This document shows positions 13,810-25,111 of a stretch of DNA of 64,000 nucleotides, one piece after another; the first letter of the stretch is position 1; every line of letters starts with the position of its first letter. The DNA is from Prorocentrum cordatum. Its lineage: Eukaryota. Location: positions 186,001-250,000 of the forward strand of contig CAUYUJ010000048.1 of NCBI GenBank assembly GCA_963575745.1, given 5' to 3'. The notes beneath the pieces were generated by a model, which was given only the letters and a program-made list of their open reading frames with translations, was not told the origin of the DNA and searched no databases. Made by a program: the position numbers and the translations under genes.

Positions 13810-13970
13810 CTCCTCCTCCTCCTCCACCTCCTCCTCCTCCTCCTCCTCCTCCTCCTCCTCCCCCTTTCCCCCCCTCCTCTCCCCCCTCCTCCTCCTCCTC
13901 CTCCTTCTTCCTCCTCCTCCTTCTTCCTCCTCCTCCTTCTCCTCCCCCATCCTTCTCCCCCCATCCTCTT
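13810..13970 (+). repeat. (CTC)n tract at the 3' end of element A
   Basis: The element runs directly into ctcctcctc with no poly(A). Confidence 0.9.
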
Positions 13971-14689
13971 CTACCTTTTCTGGGCCCTTCCCTGGGGAGG
14001 GCGTTTCTTCCCAGATCGTCCGCTGCCCGAGGCGGGCTTTGGAAGTCCCATGGGAAGCCGAACGCGTGCTGCGTAGCAGAGCTGCCTGATCATTTTTTAA
14101 GGACCCCATGGAGGTCCAAAATCAACCAAACACGTCCAAACACGGCCTCGGACCCCGATGCGATCCCCAACCCGCGAGAGATGAGGGGCGACCGCCAGAA
14201 TCCATGCGTATCCACCTCCTCGTAGTCATGCCCGTGGTGTTCGAGGACCTCTCGAGGAATGGTGGATATGGATATCTGGCCCGCCAAGCGCGGGAACGTA
14301 TCCACATCCGCCGCTACCCAGGGACTGGGCTCTAGGAGTCCAGCAGTTGTGCCTGTGGATGATTCCTGGCGGCGCGATCATTGAGGGATGATGCTTGGCG
14401 GCGAGAGGTGTATTCGCATCGGGGGCCAAGAGACGGGGGTCAAAGCAAACGGGGGTCAGCCAGAAAGCCGGATCTTGCAGGACCCTTCCGAGCCAGGGGT
14501 GCACTGACCCGGGCTGGCGTGCAGGATCTTGCAGGATCCTGCGGGATCTTGCGAACTGACCCGTGTTTGGATTGACCCAGGTCAGTAGGTCCCCGAACAC
14601 ACACCGACCCCAGCCAGGCTTATCCTTTCGGTGGCAAATCATGGGAGCCTGGTGTACCCCTTTTAATTCCGTCGGTAGCGCCGATTAGC

Positions 14690-14810
14690 GCGATTTGCGT
14701 CTGGGAGTCGATGAGAGAGCGCCGATGTAGCGTCGGCAAGCGTTGATTTAGCGTCGATTAGCGCCGACTGGCGTCGATTCGCAAGAGCCGACAATATGGT
14801 ATGGGAGGCA
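14690..14810 (+). repeat. Dispersed repeat, related copy at about 42225-42335
   Basis: Both loci share gcgtctgggagtcgatgaga...tagcgtcgat...gagccgacaa.atggtatgggaggc. Confidence 0.7.
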
Positions 14811-15179
14811 TGCGCGAGATGCCACCGAGTATCCTGGCGGCGTGCTCCCGAGATGCCACCAGGAGTCACGAGATGCCCCGAGTACCCTGGCCACCGAGCA
14901 TCCTGGCGTCCACGAGATGCCACCAGGATCGGTGCGTGCTCTTTGGCCGCGCCAGGGAACGCGCATACACACCGATTTTGGGTCCAGGGGGCGGGCCTGT
15001 GGCAGGGCTCGGCGCACGTGCTGCGCACAGCGCCGGCGTGTCGGCGGCACGCCCGCGGGCGGGGGGGAGGCCCCAAGGGCCTCAAGCCTGCCAGGAAACT
15101 TTCGGAGCCTTCTCTCCGGAGCCCCGCCGCCTTCTGAGAGGGTTTGCCCCCCTTCCGCTTCCCTTTTCGGTGCGCCAGC

Positions 15180-15868
15180 GAGAAGGAGGAGGAGGAGGAA
15201 GGAGAGGCAGAGGAGGAGGAGGAAGAGGAGGAGGAGGAGGAGGAGGAGGAGGAGGAGGAGGAGGAGGAGGAGACGAGGAGACGAGACGAGGAGACGAGGA
15301 GACGAGACGAGGAGACGAGGGGACGAGGAGGAGGAGGAGGAGGAGGAGGAGGAGAGGAGGAGGAGGAGGAGGAGGAGGAGGAGGAGGAGGAGGAGGAGGA
15401 GGAGGAGGAGGAGGAGGAGGAGGAGGAGGAGGGGGAGGAGGGAGGAGGGAGGAGGAGGAGGAGGAGGAGGAGGAGGGAGGAGGAGGAGGAGGAGGAGGAG
15501 GAGGAGGAGGAGGAGGAGGAGGAGGAGGAGGAGGAGGAGGAGGAGGAGGAGGAGGAGGAGGAGGAGGAGGAGGAGGAGGAGGAGGAGGAGGAGGAGGAGG
15601 AGGAGGAGGAGGAGGAGGAGGAGGGAGGAGGAGGAGGAGGAGGAGGAGGAGGAGGAGGAGGAGGAGGAGGAGGAGGCATAGGAGGAAGAGGAGGAGGAGG
15701 GCAGAGGAAGGGGCAGAGGAGGCAGGGGAGGAGGAGGAGGAGGAGGAGGAGGAGGAGGAGGAGGAGGAGGAGGAGGAGGAGGAGGAGGAGGGGGGAGACG
15801 AGGAGGAGGAGGAGGAGGAGGAGGAGGAGGAGGAGGAGGAGGAGGAGGAGGAGGAGGAGGAGAAGGAG
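15180..15868. repeat. Long (GAG)n microsatellite at the 5' junction of element B
   Basis: About 690 bp of GAG repeats. Confidence 0.95.
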
Positions 15869-18800
15869 GACGCGCAGCGTGTCCAGCTGGCTGACACTGC
15901 AGGGCTACCGCGCTGCGGTCACGCCGTGCCTGGTCAAGGGCAAGCACAAGCTGGCCACGTCCTCGGGGGTCGTGGCGCGCGCGGCCAAGCACATCACGGC
16001 TGCGACCTACAGGTACGACGACCTGGACGGCCTGACCAAGCTGTGGGCGGGCAGGACTGCTGGCCTCAAGGCTCAGGCGGTTGTGCCGCCTATTTGGTTA
16101 TTCTCAGTCTACTTGTTCGATGGGTTTGGCCTCGGGGGTAAGAACATCACGCTCCTGCACGGCCTGGGCCGCTGGCTGGCGGAGCTGCGTTCGCCGTGGG
16201 TGATCGGCGGCGACTGGAACATGCCTGCCAGCGACGGAGGGATCGCCAGCTGGGCGCAGCTCCTCGGAGCCTCAGTGGTTGCAGCGGGAGGCGCGACTTG
16301 CCACCCCAGCGCGGGGGCCCCGAGGGAGCTGGAGCTTTTCGCTGTGTCGCGTGAGCTTGCTTCTTGCGTACGCCAGGTGATAGTGCACACGGAGGCGCCC
16401 TCGGCCCCCCACTCGCCGATCGAGTTGTGCGTCTCAGGTTTCTCGCTGAACATTTGCGTCCAAGTCCGCCTGAAGCGGAGGAGGTTCCCGACGGCGAGGC
16501 AGGTGGGATGCCTCCCCAATCCGCAGGTCCACAGCTGGAGCTGGGCTGAGAGGGGAGCCCCCAACAGCCTTGGGCCTCGTAGGTGCGTGGCAGGAGTGGC
16601 TCAGGAACATGGAGGATGAGCTCTGCTGCCGGTTCGACCTTCAAGGGCCCGCAGGCGAGAAGCATCGCGGCAGGGCCGACGGCATGAGCCTCCGCATTGT
16701 CGCGCTGGACGTGTTGGTCAAGCGGCGCCAGTTGCCAGGCCAGTCAGAAGCCGCCAGGGCTTGGCGATCCATGGTTGCGGTGCCGGGCAGGGCGAGGTCG
16801 CTCTGGAACGGCCACGTGGGCTTCGACCACAGCGGGGGGGGCGGCATTGGGTGCGAGCGGGCAGCCGCGGACGCGCGGGTGGTCGATGCATCCCTCCAGC
16901 ACCCAGCTCACCGCCGACGCCGCCGACGGGCGGGTGGCCCACGCCGTCCGCGGTTCGAGCACCGCCCCCCCGCACGGACAGGACGCCTTCGTGGTCGTGT
17001 TGCCGCCTGGTGGGCGGCCCTTCCCGCGAGGGCGCAAAGCTGGCGACGCTCTCCATGCGCAGCTGCAGCCTGGACCCGGTCGTGGGTCCCAGCCCTCGCG
17101 GGCTAGGGAGGAACGCGCCCCCGCGCGACGTTCCCAGGAGCTGCCTGGAGTGGAAGGTTTGGCGTCCTGCGTGCAGGGCCTCGCGGAGGGTTCGTCGGGG
17201 CTGGAGCGATAAGTGTCACAGCAGGCAGCCCGAGAGTCCAGCGCTTCTCCTCGCGCAGGCGGGGGGGGGGGCTCGGGTGCAGCAGGCGCCGTGGAGCAGG
17301 TGCGGGCGTGGCCCGAGGGGCCTCGCGGCCAGGTGCGCGACCTCCACGCCGTCTTCAGCCGCGAGGCCGACGGCCGCTTCGGACCCAGCGAGCTGGCCGG
17401 CCGCAGCTTCGCGGTTCCAGACCTTGGAGCGACGCTGCTCGCAGGCGGGGCCGGCCTGGCCGAGGCCGAGGAGCGCCCTCGGGAGCGCGCCGACGCTGTC
17501 GGTAAGCAGCAGCAGGCCGCCTGGCGCCGCGGGCAAGACTGGGCCAGAGGAGCGGTGCTCAAGGGCGGCGCGGAGGCGCAGAGGTACAGCAAGGCCTTTT
17601 CAGCCCTCGACGGGCCCTCGGTGCCCGACGGGCCCCGCTGCAGGTGGGCGCGGCCGTGGAGGCGCTGCTCGCCGAGTGGCAGGCCTACTGGCAGGCGGGC
17701 GAGGCGCCGCTCGGAGCCGAGGCGTTTGCGGCGGCCGAGAAGGAGGAGCTCCCGCGGGCTAGCCTGGCGAGTCTCAGGCGTGTGCTGGCCCGCCTCGCCC
17801 CCCGCACGGGGCTGGGCAGTGACTGCGTCAACCCGAGGTCGTGGCTCCTGATGTCCGAGGAGCTTCAGGTGCGCATCCTCGACTTGATTGAGCTGCGAGG
17901 GCGTGCGCCCTCGTTGTCCGCCCTCTGCCCCACGCTGATCATCTCCATCGGGGAGGATGGTGGTGGTCTCAGGCCGTCCGCTCTGATCGCCAGTTCGCCG
18001 CGAGCGCGGAGCCGCCTGAGGGCGGACGCGTGCCAGCAGTGGGAGCGCGACCACAGGCAGGCCGCCTTCTGGGGAGCGCGGGACAAGTCGTGCGACCGCG
18101 CTGGCTGGGAGCACAACGCGCTGGGCCACTGCGCTCAAGCGCTCGGCATGGAGTCGGGATCGCTCTTCGAGGACTTGAAAGGGGCGCACGAGTTTGTGTC
18201 GCGCGCTACCTTGGGCAGGGAGGCGCAGGGGGTCGGCTTCAGCATGCGCATCATGCGAGCGGCGTGCGCACTGTGCAGCGGGCCGCGGGCGATCTCCTGC
18301 CAGGATTGCTGCAGTGCGGCTGTCGCGGTGGGCGGCGGGGCGGTCCTGGCGGGCTGCAGCCTGGCGACCGCGATGATCAAAGTCACCCTCTACCGCGCGT
18401 TCGCCAGCCTCGGCCGCGAGCGCCCGACGGTGGCGGTGCGCGACGCGGTGGGCGACGCATCGGCGCAGTGCATCGGTGCGGCGAGGCGCGTGGCGGAGCT
18501 GCTGGGCGCAGTGGGCCGCGCGCTCGCCGCAGGCTTTTCTGACCCAGGCCTTGTGCTGCAGTGCAGTGAGAGCTTTTTCCTCGCATCCTGCCAGTCTGTC
18601 GCCGACCGTGTGTCCGTTGAATGGGGGGCTCTCGGGTTCAGGCGTAGGGGGGTTGCGCGTGACCTGGGCGCGGATGCGGCGACGGCTGGCAGGCGTGGGG
18701 ACCTGATAGCCACGGACAGGATTTGCGAGGTTTTCTGCCGCGCGGGGCGCCTCAGAAGATTGCGCGAGGCTGGCGCGAAGATCGGTGACGCGCGCCGCGC

Positions 18801-21160
18801 GGGACCCCAAGCGGCATGTTTTTGGGGCTCTGCGGTCGCGGGGTTGCCCGACAGGAAGCTCTGCGCTCTTCGGTTCCAAGCGGTGCGCAGTTTCTTTCGG
18901 AGGAAGAGGACGGCCTCGACGGGCCTGCGTCTCTTGAGTTCCACGCTCGGGGCCCAGCTCGAACCCGCCAGATTGCGCCGCGGGGAAGTTGATTACACGT
19001 GGGCGCGCGCCGTCTGGGAGGGGCCCCCGCCGCTGGACATGCTTCAGGCTTGTTTCGTGTCGGCGCGGGGCCACCTCCAGGCGACCGCCTCAAAATGGGG
19101 GGCCGCCGCGTCGCCTGCCCATGTCTGGCTGCTCTCGCTCGCTGATCTGGGTTGGGGGGTGGAGTCGGCTCGGGCGGTGGTCTCGGAAAGAGGGGGGCAG
19201 TCAGATTTGCTTAGGCTTTCGCCCGGCCTCGCCCGCCAGCTCGCAGAGAGAGCGGCGACGGGGGCATCCGACGCAGCCTCGCTCGCCAGGCACCAGCGCT
19301 TGCGAACCTGGCTTAGCCGAGCTTTTCGGCGACCGCTGCGGCGGTTGATGGAGGGGCATGGGTCTTCGCGTTGGTCGTCCCACCACCAGTCTTCTCTCCG
19401 CTCGCTGGTGTCACTGACTCAATGGCCTCAGCAGCGGATGTGCGACCGCGGCCTGGCATCCTCGAACGTGTGTCTAGCGTGCGCCGGGGCTCCAGGCACG
19501 CCGATGCACCGATGAGGTCGACAGGCGAACTATGTGCAGTTTGCCCGACAGGCCGGTCCTGAGCCAGGTGCGAGAGTGGGGCATGGCGTCTGAGCTTACT
19601 GCATGCGGCACATTCTCTTCGCCCCATCGACCCCCCCCCTGCCCCGATCGTCTCGTTCGACGAAGCGTGCCAGACCTGGCCCGCTTCTCTTTTTTTTTTT
19701 TTTTTTTGCGAGGCACGGTGTTCACGGATGGATCCGCCCTCTTCGCGTCCTGCGAGTACTCGCGGCGAGCGGGTTGGGGCTTCGTGATGACTGATGAGTT
19801 AGGTAGGTTCCAGTCTAGGTGTTTCGGAGCAGCCCCGGCGGACCTGGCCCCGTTCCAGCAGGCCCGTGACGGGGGGGGCGCCGCTTATTTCTTTGCACGC
19901 GAGTGTGTGCGGGAACCCGTCGGGTTCTTCACCGATTGCCAGGGAGCGATCGATTGCGCGTTGCCCCACGCTGTCGCCACCTGTTCATCGAACCCCAGGG
20001 CGCATCTCTGGGCGAGAATTCACGCCAGGTTCGACTCGGGCCTTGTGGCCCACAAAGTCAAAGGCCACACGACGATTCATTATGCGTGGGCGGGGCGGGC
20101 GACGGAGTGGGGGCGGGCGGGGAAGTGTTTGGCAGACAAGTTCGCGCGGCGCGGCGCCGCTTGTCACCCCATCCACCGCGTCGGCCCACGCGGACATTCG
20201 AGCCCTAGACCGCCTGGTTCAAGAGGCGACCCGCTGGGCCGCGCAGCAGGAGGTTCGGCTGGCCGCGTCCTCGGCCCAGGACGCCGAGGCCCTCCCGGGG
20301 GCGGGGGCGGGAGAGGAGGAGGAACCGCGCCTTCGTCCGTCGGATCTGCCTCCCCCGCCCCTGCCCTGCTCTCTTGTTTCGGGCGGGCGCGGCCGTTTCA
20401 AGCCTCAGAGCCTTCAGGCCTGCGGCTCTCGTGACGATCCCGAGTTGTCGGTGCTGCTGCAGCTCCTCGGTCACCGTCTGCGCGCGGCCGCCGTCTCCGA
20501 CCCCCGCGGGGCCACCGTTCTCTCGGGACCCACCGCCCTCGTCTGCATCTCTTGCGGGGGGTGCGCGTGGGGGGGTGTCGCCTCGCTGGCGCGCCCGCGT
20601 GGGGGCAGGCCGCCCACCAAGCCCACGGGGCGGCAGCTGGCGAGGGTGGAGAGGGGGCTCTTACCCTCGTGGGCCCCTCGGTATGTTGGCTGGAGGCTCG
20701 GGCCTTTGCGGGAGCCCTCTTCTAGCGACCTCCTGGCCCTGGCGGCCCCTCGTGTGTTTGGTGGCGTGCGGGCCTCGCCTCGAGCCCAGGAACCCGTCTG
20801 GGTCGTTCGGTGGTCCCGCGAGGAGGTTCTTCGGAGGTCCGGAGTCTCCTCGGACCAGCTCGAGTTTTGGAAGGTGCGGGGCGGGGACGATTGCCCTCCT
20901 GAGGAGGTCGAGGACGAGGATCCCGCCCTCCTTCGAGCTGGCTGGTTGGTTTTGTTTATAGGCGTGGCAGGCATTGCCCCACGTCCTTGAATAGAATAGA
21001 ACCGCATATAATATAATAGACTCGACTAGAATATAAGAGGGTAGAATATAATAGAATAGAATAGAGTAGAATAGGATATAATAGAATAGAATATAATAGA
21101 ATATAATAGAATATACTATAATGTAATAGAATATATTAGACTAGAATATAATAGAATAGA
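15869..21160 (+). mobile_element. 5'-truncated decayed non-LTR retrotransposon (element B) with (AATAG/AATAT)n tail
   Basis: APE: ATSSGV, LFSVYLFDG, WVIGGDWNM, SAPHSPI. RT (ORF 17644-19515): TGLGSD, GGGLRP, WERDH..AFWG, FEDLKGAHE, VLAGCSLAT, AVGD, RDLG. CCHC: QWPQQR..CLAC..GTPMHR. RNase H: VFTDGS, RAGWG, FTDC, HKVKGH, GKCLADKFA. Confidence 0.92.
20989..21160 (+). repeat. (AATAG/AATAT)n pentamer tail of element B
   Basis: gaatagaataga...aatataatagaataga begins directly after a terminal stem-loop (20961-20986). Confidence 0.9.
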
Positions 21161-21471
21161 ACAAAGTAGAGGAGAAGGAGGAAGAGGAGGAGGAGGAGAA
21201 GGAGGAGGAGGAACAGGAGGAAGAGGAGGAGGAGGAGGAGGAGGAGGAGGAGGAGGAGGAGGAGGAGGAGGAGGAGGCAGAGGCAGAAGAGGAGGAGGAG
21301 GAGGAGGAGGAGGAGGAGGAGGAGAAGGAGGACCGTCGTGACGGTGGCCGTTTCCCCCCCCCCCCCCCTTGAGCGCTCGGGGGCAGGTCTCCAGCAGGGG
21401 CGCGGCCCGCCGGGGCGATGGCGGCGGCGGCGGCGCTCGGGTCGGCGCGCCCCCTGCGCGCGGACGACCGT

Positions 21472-21483
21472 TGACGACGACGA

Positions 21484-21534
<51 letters not shown>

Positions 21535-21770
21535 ACCACGGCTACGACCACGACTATGACCACGGCCACGGCCACGACCATGACGACGGCCACGGCCACG
21601 ACCACGACAACCGCAACGACGACGACGAACAGGACGACGACGGTGACGACGACGACTACGACCACGTCCACGGCCACGACCAAGACCACGACCACGACTT
21701 CGCTGACGACGACGTCGAATTCGGCAACGACGACGGCCACGACCACGACGACGGACGACATCGACGACGA
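21472..21770. repeat. (GAC)n/(CACGAC)n microsatellite
   Basis: Seen directly in the sequence. Confidence 0.9.
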
Positions 21771-22045
21771 GGGTAGCCGCGACTTTGGCAATCCGCCGCC
21801 AGACCCTGGACTCCTCATCGAGTGTTCCTCTCATTTCCTGCCCTTTCCCGAGGCGGTTGCAGACATGGTCAACATATACTATCGGATCGACAGGAGTTCG
21901 GGAACGAGATCCGTGGCCGTATCTTCTTGCAGGGCCAGTTCTTTTTTTTGCTCAGGTTATGTAATGTTGTCTTCTCTTCCTGCTTCTCCACTTCGTCCTG
22001 CTCCTTCTCCTCTCTCCTCCACATCCGTGGACACCCTGCATCACA

Positions 22046-22241
22046 CCCCTAAGATCCGACGTTGCAAAACAATTGCAACATCGCAAACAATCACGATGAG
22101 ACCCGCGGACTCCATCTGTCTGCGACACTGCTCGAGCCGGATATACATATATATATATATATATATAGATCAGTCTCTCGCGCGGCCCGAAATGGAGCAA
22201 CATCGCCAGGCTCGAAACAATGGAGTCGCCAGGATCTCAGG
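22046..22241. mobile_element. MITE-like element, CCC(T/A)GAGATCCGACG family; relatives at 23230-23409, 34099-34245, 44128-44272 and about 43572-43718
   Basis: Terminal inverted repeat cct(a/g)agatcc...ggatctcagg and internal similarity between copies. Confidence 0.7.
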
Positions 22242-22512
22242 CCATATTGGAGAGGCCTGACGGCCGGTGCCGCCGACCCTGATCGAAAGGGCTAGGAGTG
22301 GGAGGAGGAGGAGGAGGAGGAGGAGGAGGAGGAGGACGAGGAGGAGGAGGAGGAGGAGGAGGAGGAGTGAAGTGACTCCCCAGGGCTCTCGACGTTTTCT
22401 GCAGGGCCCGTTCTCCATCCAGGACCTGTTCCTGCCGGTTGCCCGGGGGCCCTGAGCAGCCCCCCGGAGGCCCAAGGCAGCGATGAGGCCCTCTCCGTCT
22501 CAAGGGATCGGA

Positions 22513-22680
22513 CCGTCGTCGACTTCCGCGTCGTCCTCGTCTCCTACTCGAGGGATCTGAGGGTCGTCGACTGCCTCCTCGTCCTCCTCGTCTATTCGAG
22601 GGATCTGGGGGTCGTCGACTTCCTCCTCTTTCCCTCGTCTTCTATTGGAGGGAGCTGAGGGTCGTCGACTTCCTCCTGGT
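22513..22680 (-). repeat. Tandem ~48-51-bp repeat (x4) reading as an acidic peptide repeat EEVDDPQIPRI on the minus strand
   Basis: gtcgtcgact recurs at about 22514, 22563, 22611 and 22661. Confidence 0.7.
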
Positions 22681-23841
22681 TCCCTCGTCTTCCTCCTCGC
22701 CAGAGCCTCCCCCCCCCCTTCCGTCCGGGGGCGCGTACTCCTGGGCGCCTGGACCAGAGCGGGCAGACGTGCGGTGCAGGACGCAAACTCTCTGCAGCAT
22801 GGCGCGCCTGTCTGGGCCATGCCGGCCCCCCGGATCGGTGGATGCGCTCGGGCGAGTGGTAATGGGGGGGTGACCTACGTGTGGGAACGAGGTCATTCCC
22901 CATGGCCACCCGCCCGATCTGCTCACCCCCGTCGAGCCTCACTCATCTCCAGGGGATGGAGGATCTAGGAGGATCGAAGGATCGAAGCTCGAAGGCACAT
23001 CCTGGACCCGGGTCCTGCTTGGGCCTGGCAGGGCCCGGTGTGGGTGCCCGGGCTATGCTGCAGCGGTGCAGTTGAGGCCCGGAGCGTTTGCCTGATCGCC
23101 TCCTCCTCCGCATCCTGCTCGTCCTCCTGCTCGTCCTCCTGCTCGTCTTGCTGGTTCTCGCTGCTTTCTCCTCCCGGGTCGCCTCGTCCTCCCCTTGCCC
23201 GCGCCCTTCCTCTGCTGGGCAGTGCCCCTCCCTGAGATCCGACGTTGCAAAAAAATTCAACATCGCAAAAATTCACGACTGGACGACTGGACCCCTGGAC
23301 CCCCTCTTTCTGCGTCGTTTCTCGAGCTGGACCAATCTCTGTCTCCAGCGGCCCGACATGGAGCGAACACGCCCGGCTCGAAAAAAGTGGGTCGCCAGGA
23401 TCTCAGGGGCGCCGTGTCCTCCTTCCCCCTTCCGACGGCGTGCGGCGGCGATGGCGGCGACGGCCTCGCGCCGGCGACGGCGACGGCGGCGCGCGGCGCG
23501 CGGCGGCGGCGGCGGCGGCGGCGCGCGGCGCCGGCAAGCGCCGACCTCGGCCTGGGCGCCGAGGTCGAGGCCGACCGCGGCGCGGGCCACGCCCTCGGCG
23601 CGAGCTTCTACGACTTCGGCCCGGCCGCTGCCGCCGCCAAGGAGCGCTCGCGGTTGCGCGGCCGGGCGTCGTCGCTGCCGCCGCCGGCTGCCGCCGCCCT
23701 CCCTGCGCCGCCCGCCGCCCGGCGTCGTCGGCGGCCGTGGCCGGGGCGAGCGGGCCGCCGGGGAGCGTGCCGCTGCTGCGGCTCGCCGTCGCCGTCGGCC
23801 TCGTGCTCCTTCGCAGGCCTCCCACCGCGCCGCGACAAAAA

Positions 23842-24030
23842 TCGGGCCGGGGTTGGGAAAGGGGGGGTTACGAAATTTGCTGCATGCAGCTGGTTTCGGC
23901 CTCACCGAGGGGCCCTTTCCTCGACGCATAGCCGCCTCCGGCGCCGGGAGGCGCCAGGAACATCAGCTATACGTGAGCTGATTCTGAACCCCCCCCTTTG
24001 CTAATTATCCCCCCCTTTCGCCCGGCCCGA
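23842..24030. mobile_element. MITE-like element with 5-bp TSD (AAAAA), same family as 45298-45492
   Basis: TIR tcgggccggg...cccggcccga. The core ttacgaaatttgctgcatgcagctggtttcggcctcaccgagg is shared with the second copy. Confidence 0.85.
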
Positions 24031-24179
24031 AAAAAGATCGCGACGAACAGTTTTTCACGGCCCCCGCCAGGGCCCCGGATGGTCAACAACCGACTCGGGA
24101 TGAAGAGCTCGTTCTGGCGATGGGGTCGATGGTCGATGCCTCCGCAGGCCTACGTCGTGAGCCACGTCGGGGGTATAAT

Positions 24180-24341
24180 TCAGGAGAGGAAAAAACACAC
24201 AGACACAATTAATCCTCGATTCCTCTGAAACTATGGGAAAATATGGGAAGTGGGGGGGAAGACAGAAACCCAGGAAATATGGGAAAATATGGGAATCTTT
24301 TTTTGTTGTGTGTATTTATTTGTGTGTCCTGGGGCCCCTTC
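24180..24341. mobile_element. Dispersed ~160-bp MITE-like family; copies at about 25241-25410 and 36100-36251
   Basis: Three loci share gacacaat.aa..(c)tcgattcc...atgggaa.tgggggg.agaca.aacccag...tgtgtgtcc..gggcccct. Confidence 0.8.
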
Positions 24342-24919
24342 ATAGATTCTGGGATCGAGGATCGAGTTCTCGACGCGTTGGGCTTCTGTCGGGGCCTCGG
24401 GGTGCTCCCGGCGGCCTCCGGGCCTCGGAGAGGCCTCCAAGTGCAGTGTGTCCGCGCGGAGGCCTCGGACGCCTCCACACAGAGCGTGAATTACCTACCC
24501 CGCTTTCGCTTCCAGGCATAACCAAGCCATACCACGCGCCTCCTCGTCAAGCGGCCTGACCAGTACAGGCTGCAATTCGGCATCGTTGGGTATCTCTTGG
24601 AAGCGAGGGTGGTCAAAAGCGAGGTAGGTTTGTTCTCCCCCTATCCACACGAGTTCAGTGTCTCGAAGCGGAACACGTCGCGACGGCAGCTTGCTCCCAA
24701 ACTTAAGTCGGTCCTGTGCCTCTACGGGAGGAGCATTCAAACATAGAGAAAGAACAGTCTGGGGGCGTTTGTTTTGACCATGTCTGAGCATTCTGGTGCA
24801 CGTTTCGACCATGTTTCATTTGTCGCCCAAAATCCCCCTGTCGGGGGACATGCCCGACCTAATCCTAAACCCTGGATCCTGAGCGCTGAACCCTAAAACC
24901 TAAAATCCTAGATTCGCAC

Positions 24920-25111
24920 GCCTAGAGGTTGACACCAACACCAATATCGGCGGTGTGCCTCCACTGAGGGAAGAAGATCCCGATCTCGGTGATGGTGGTA
25001 ATATTCTGGCTTCCAAGGTAACTGAAATATTGCCACCAACACCGAAATCTACGATCATCTTCCCCATGTGGAGGGAAGCCCCTGTGTTGGTGTTGGTGCT
25101 TATTTCTAGGC
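24920..25111. mobile_element. Palindromic MITE-like element
   Basis: The arm gcctaga..caccaacacc..cctccac..gggaaga..tcggtgatggtggtaatatt pairs with aatattgccaccaacaccga..tcttccc..gtggagg..ggtgttggtg..tctaggc. Confidence 0.75.

Larger units (their letters stand above)
7082..13810 (+). mobile_element. Full-length but decayed non-LTR retrotransposon (element A): SL, 5'UTR, ORF1, ORF2 (APE-RT-CCHC-RNase H-C-terminal Cys/His), 3'UTR
   Basis: Domain motifs occur in the expected order across frameshifts. Bounded by SL at the 5' end and (CTC)n at the 3' end; no LTRs seen. Confidence 0.9.

Noticed and set aside
16744..19074. 776-aa minus-strand ORF
   Set aside because: It is the antisense shadow of the GC-rich RT region, Arg/Pro/Ala-rich and without motifs.
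17644..19515. Intact 623-aa reverse transcriptase gene
   Set aside because: It is a fragment of a frameshifted ORF2 whose catalytic DD is mutated (VGD) and which stops within the CCHC motif.
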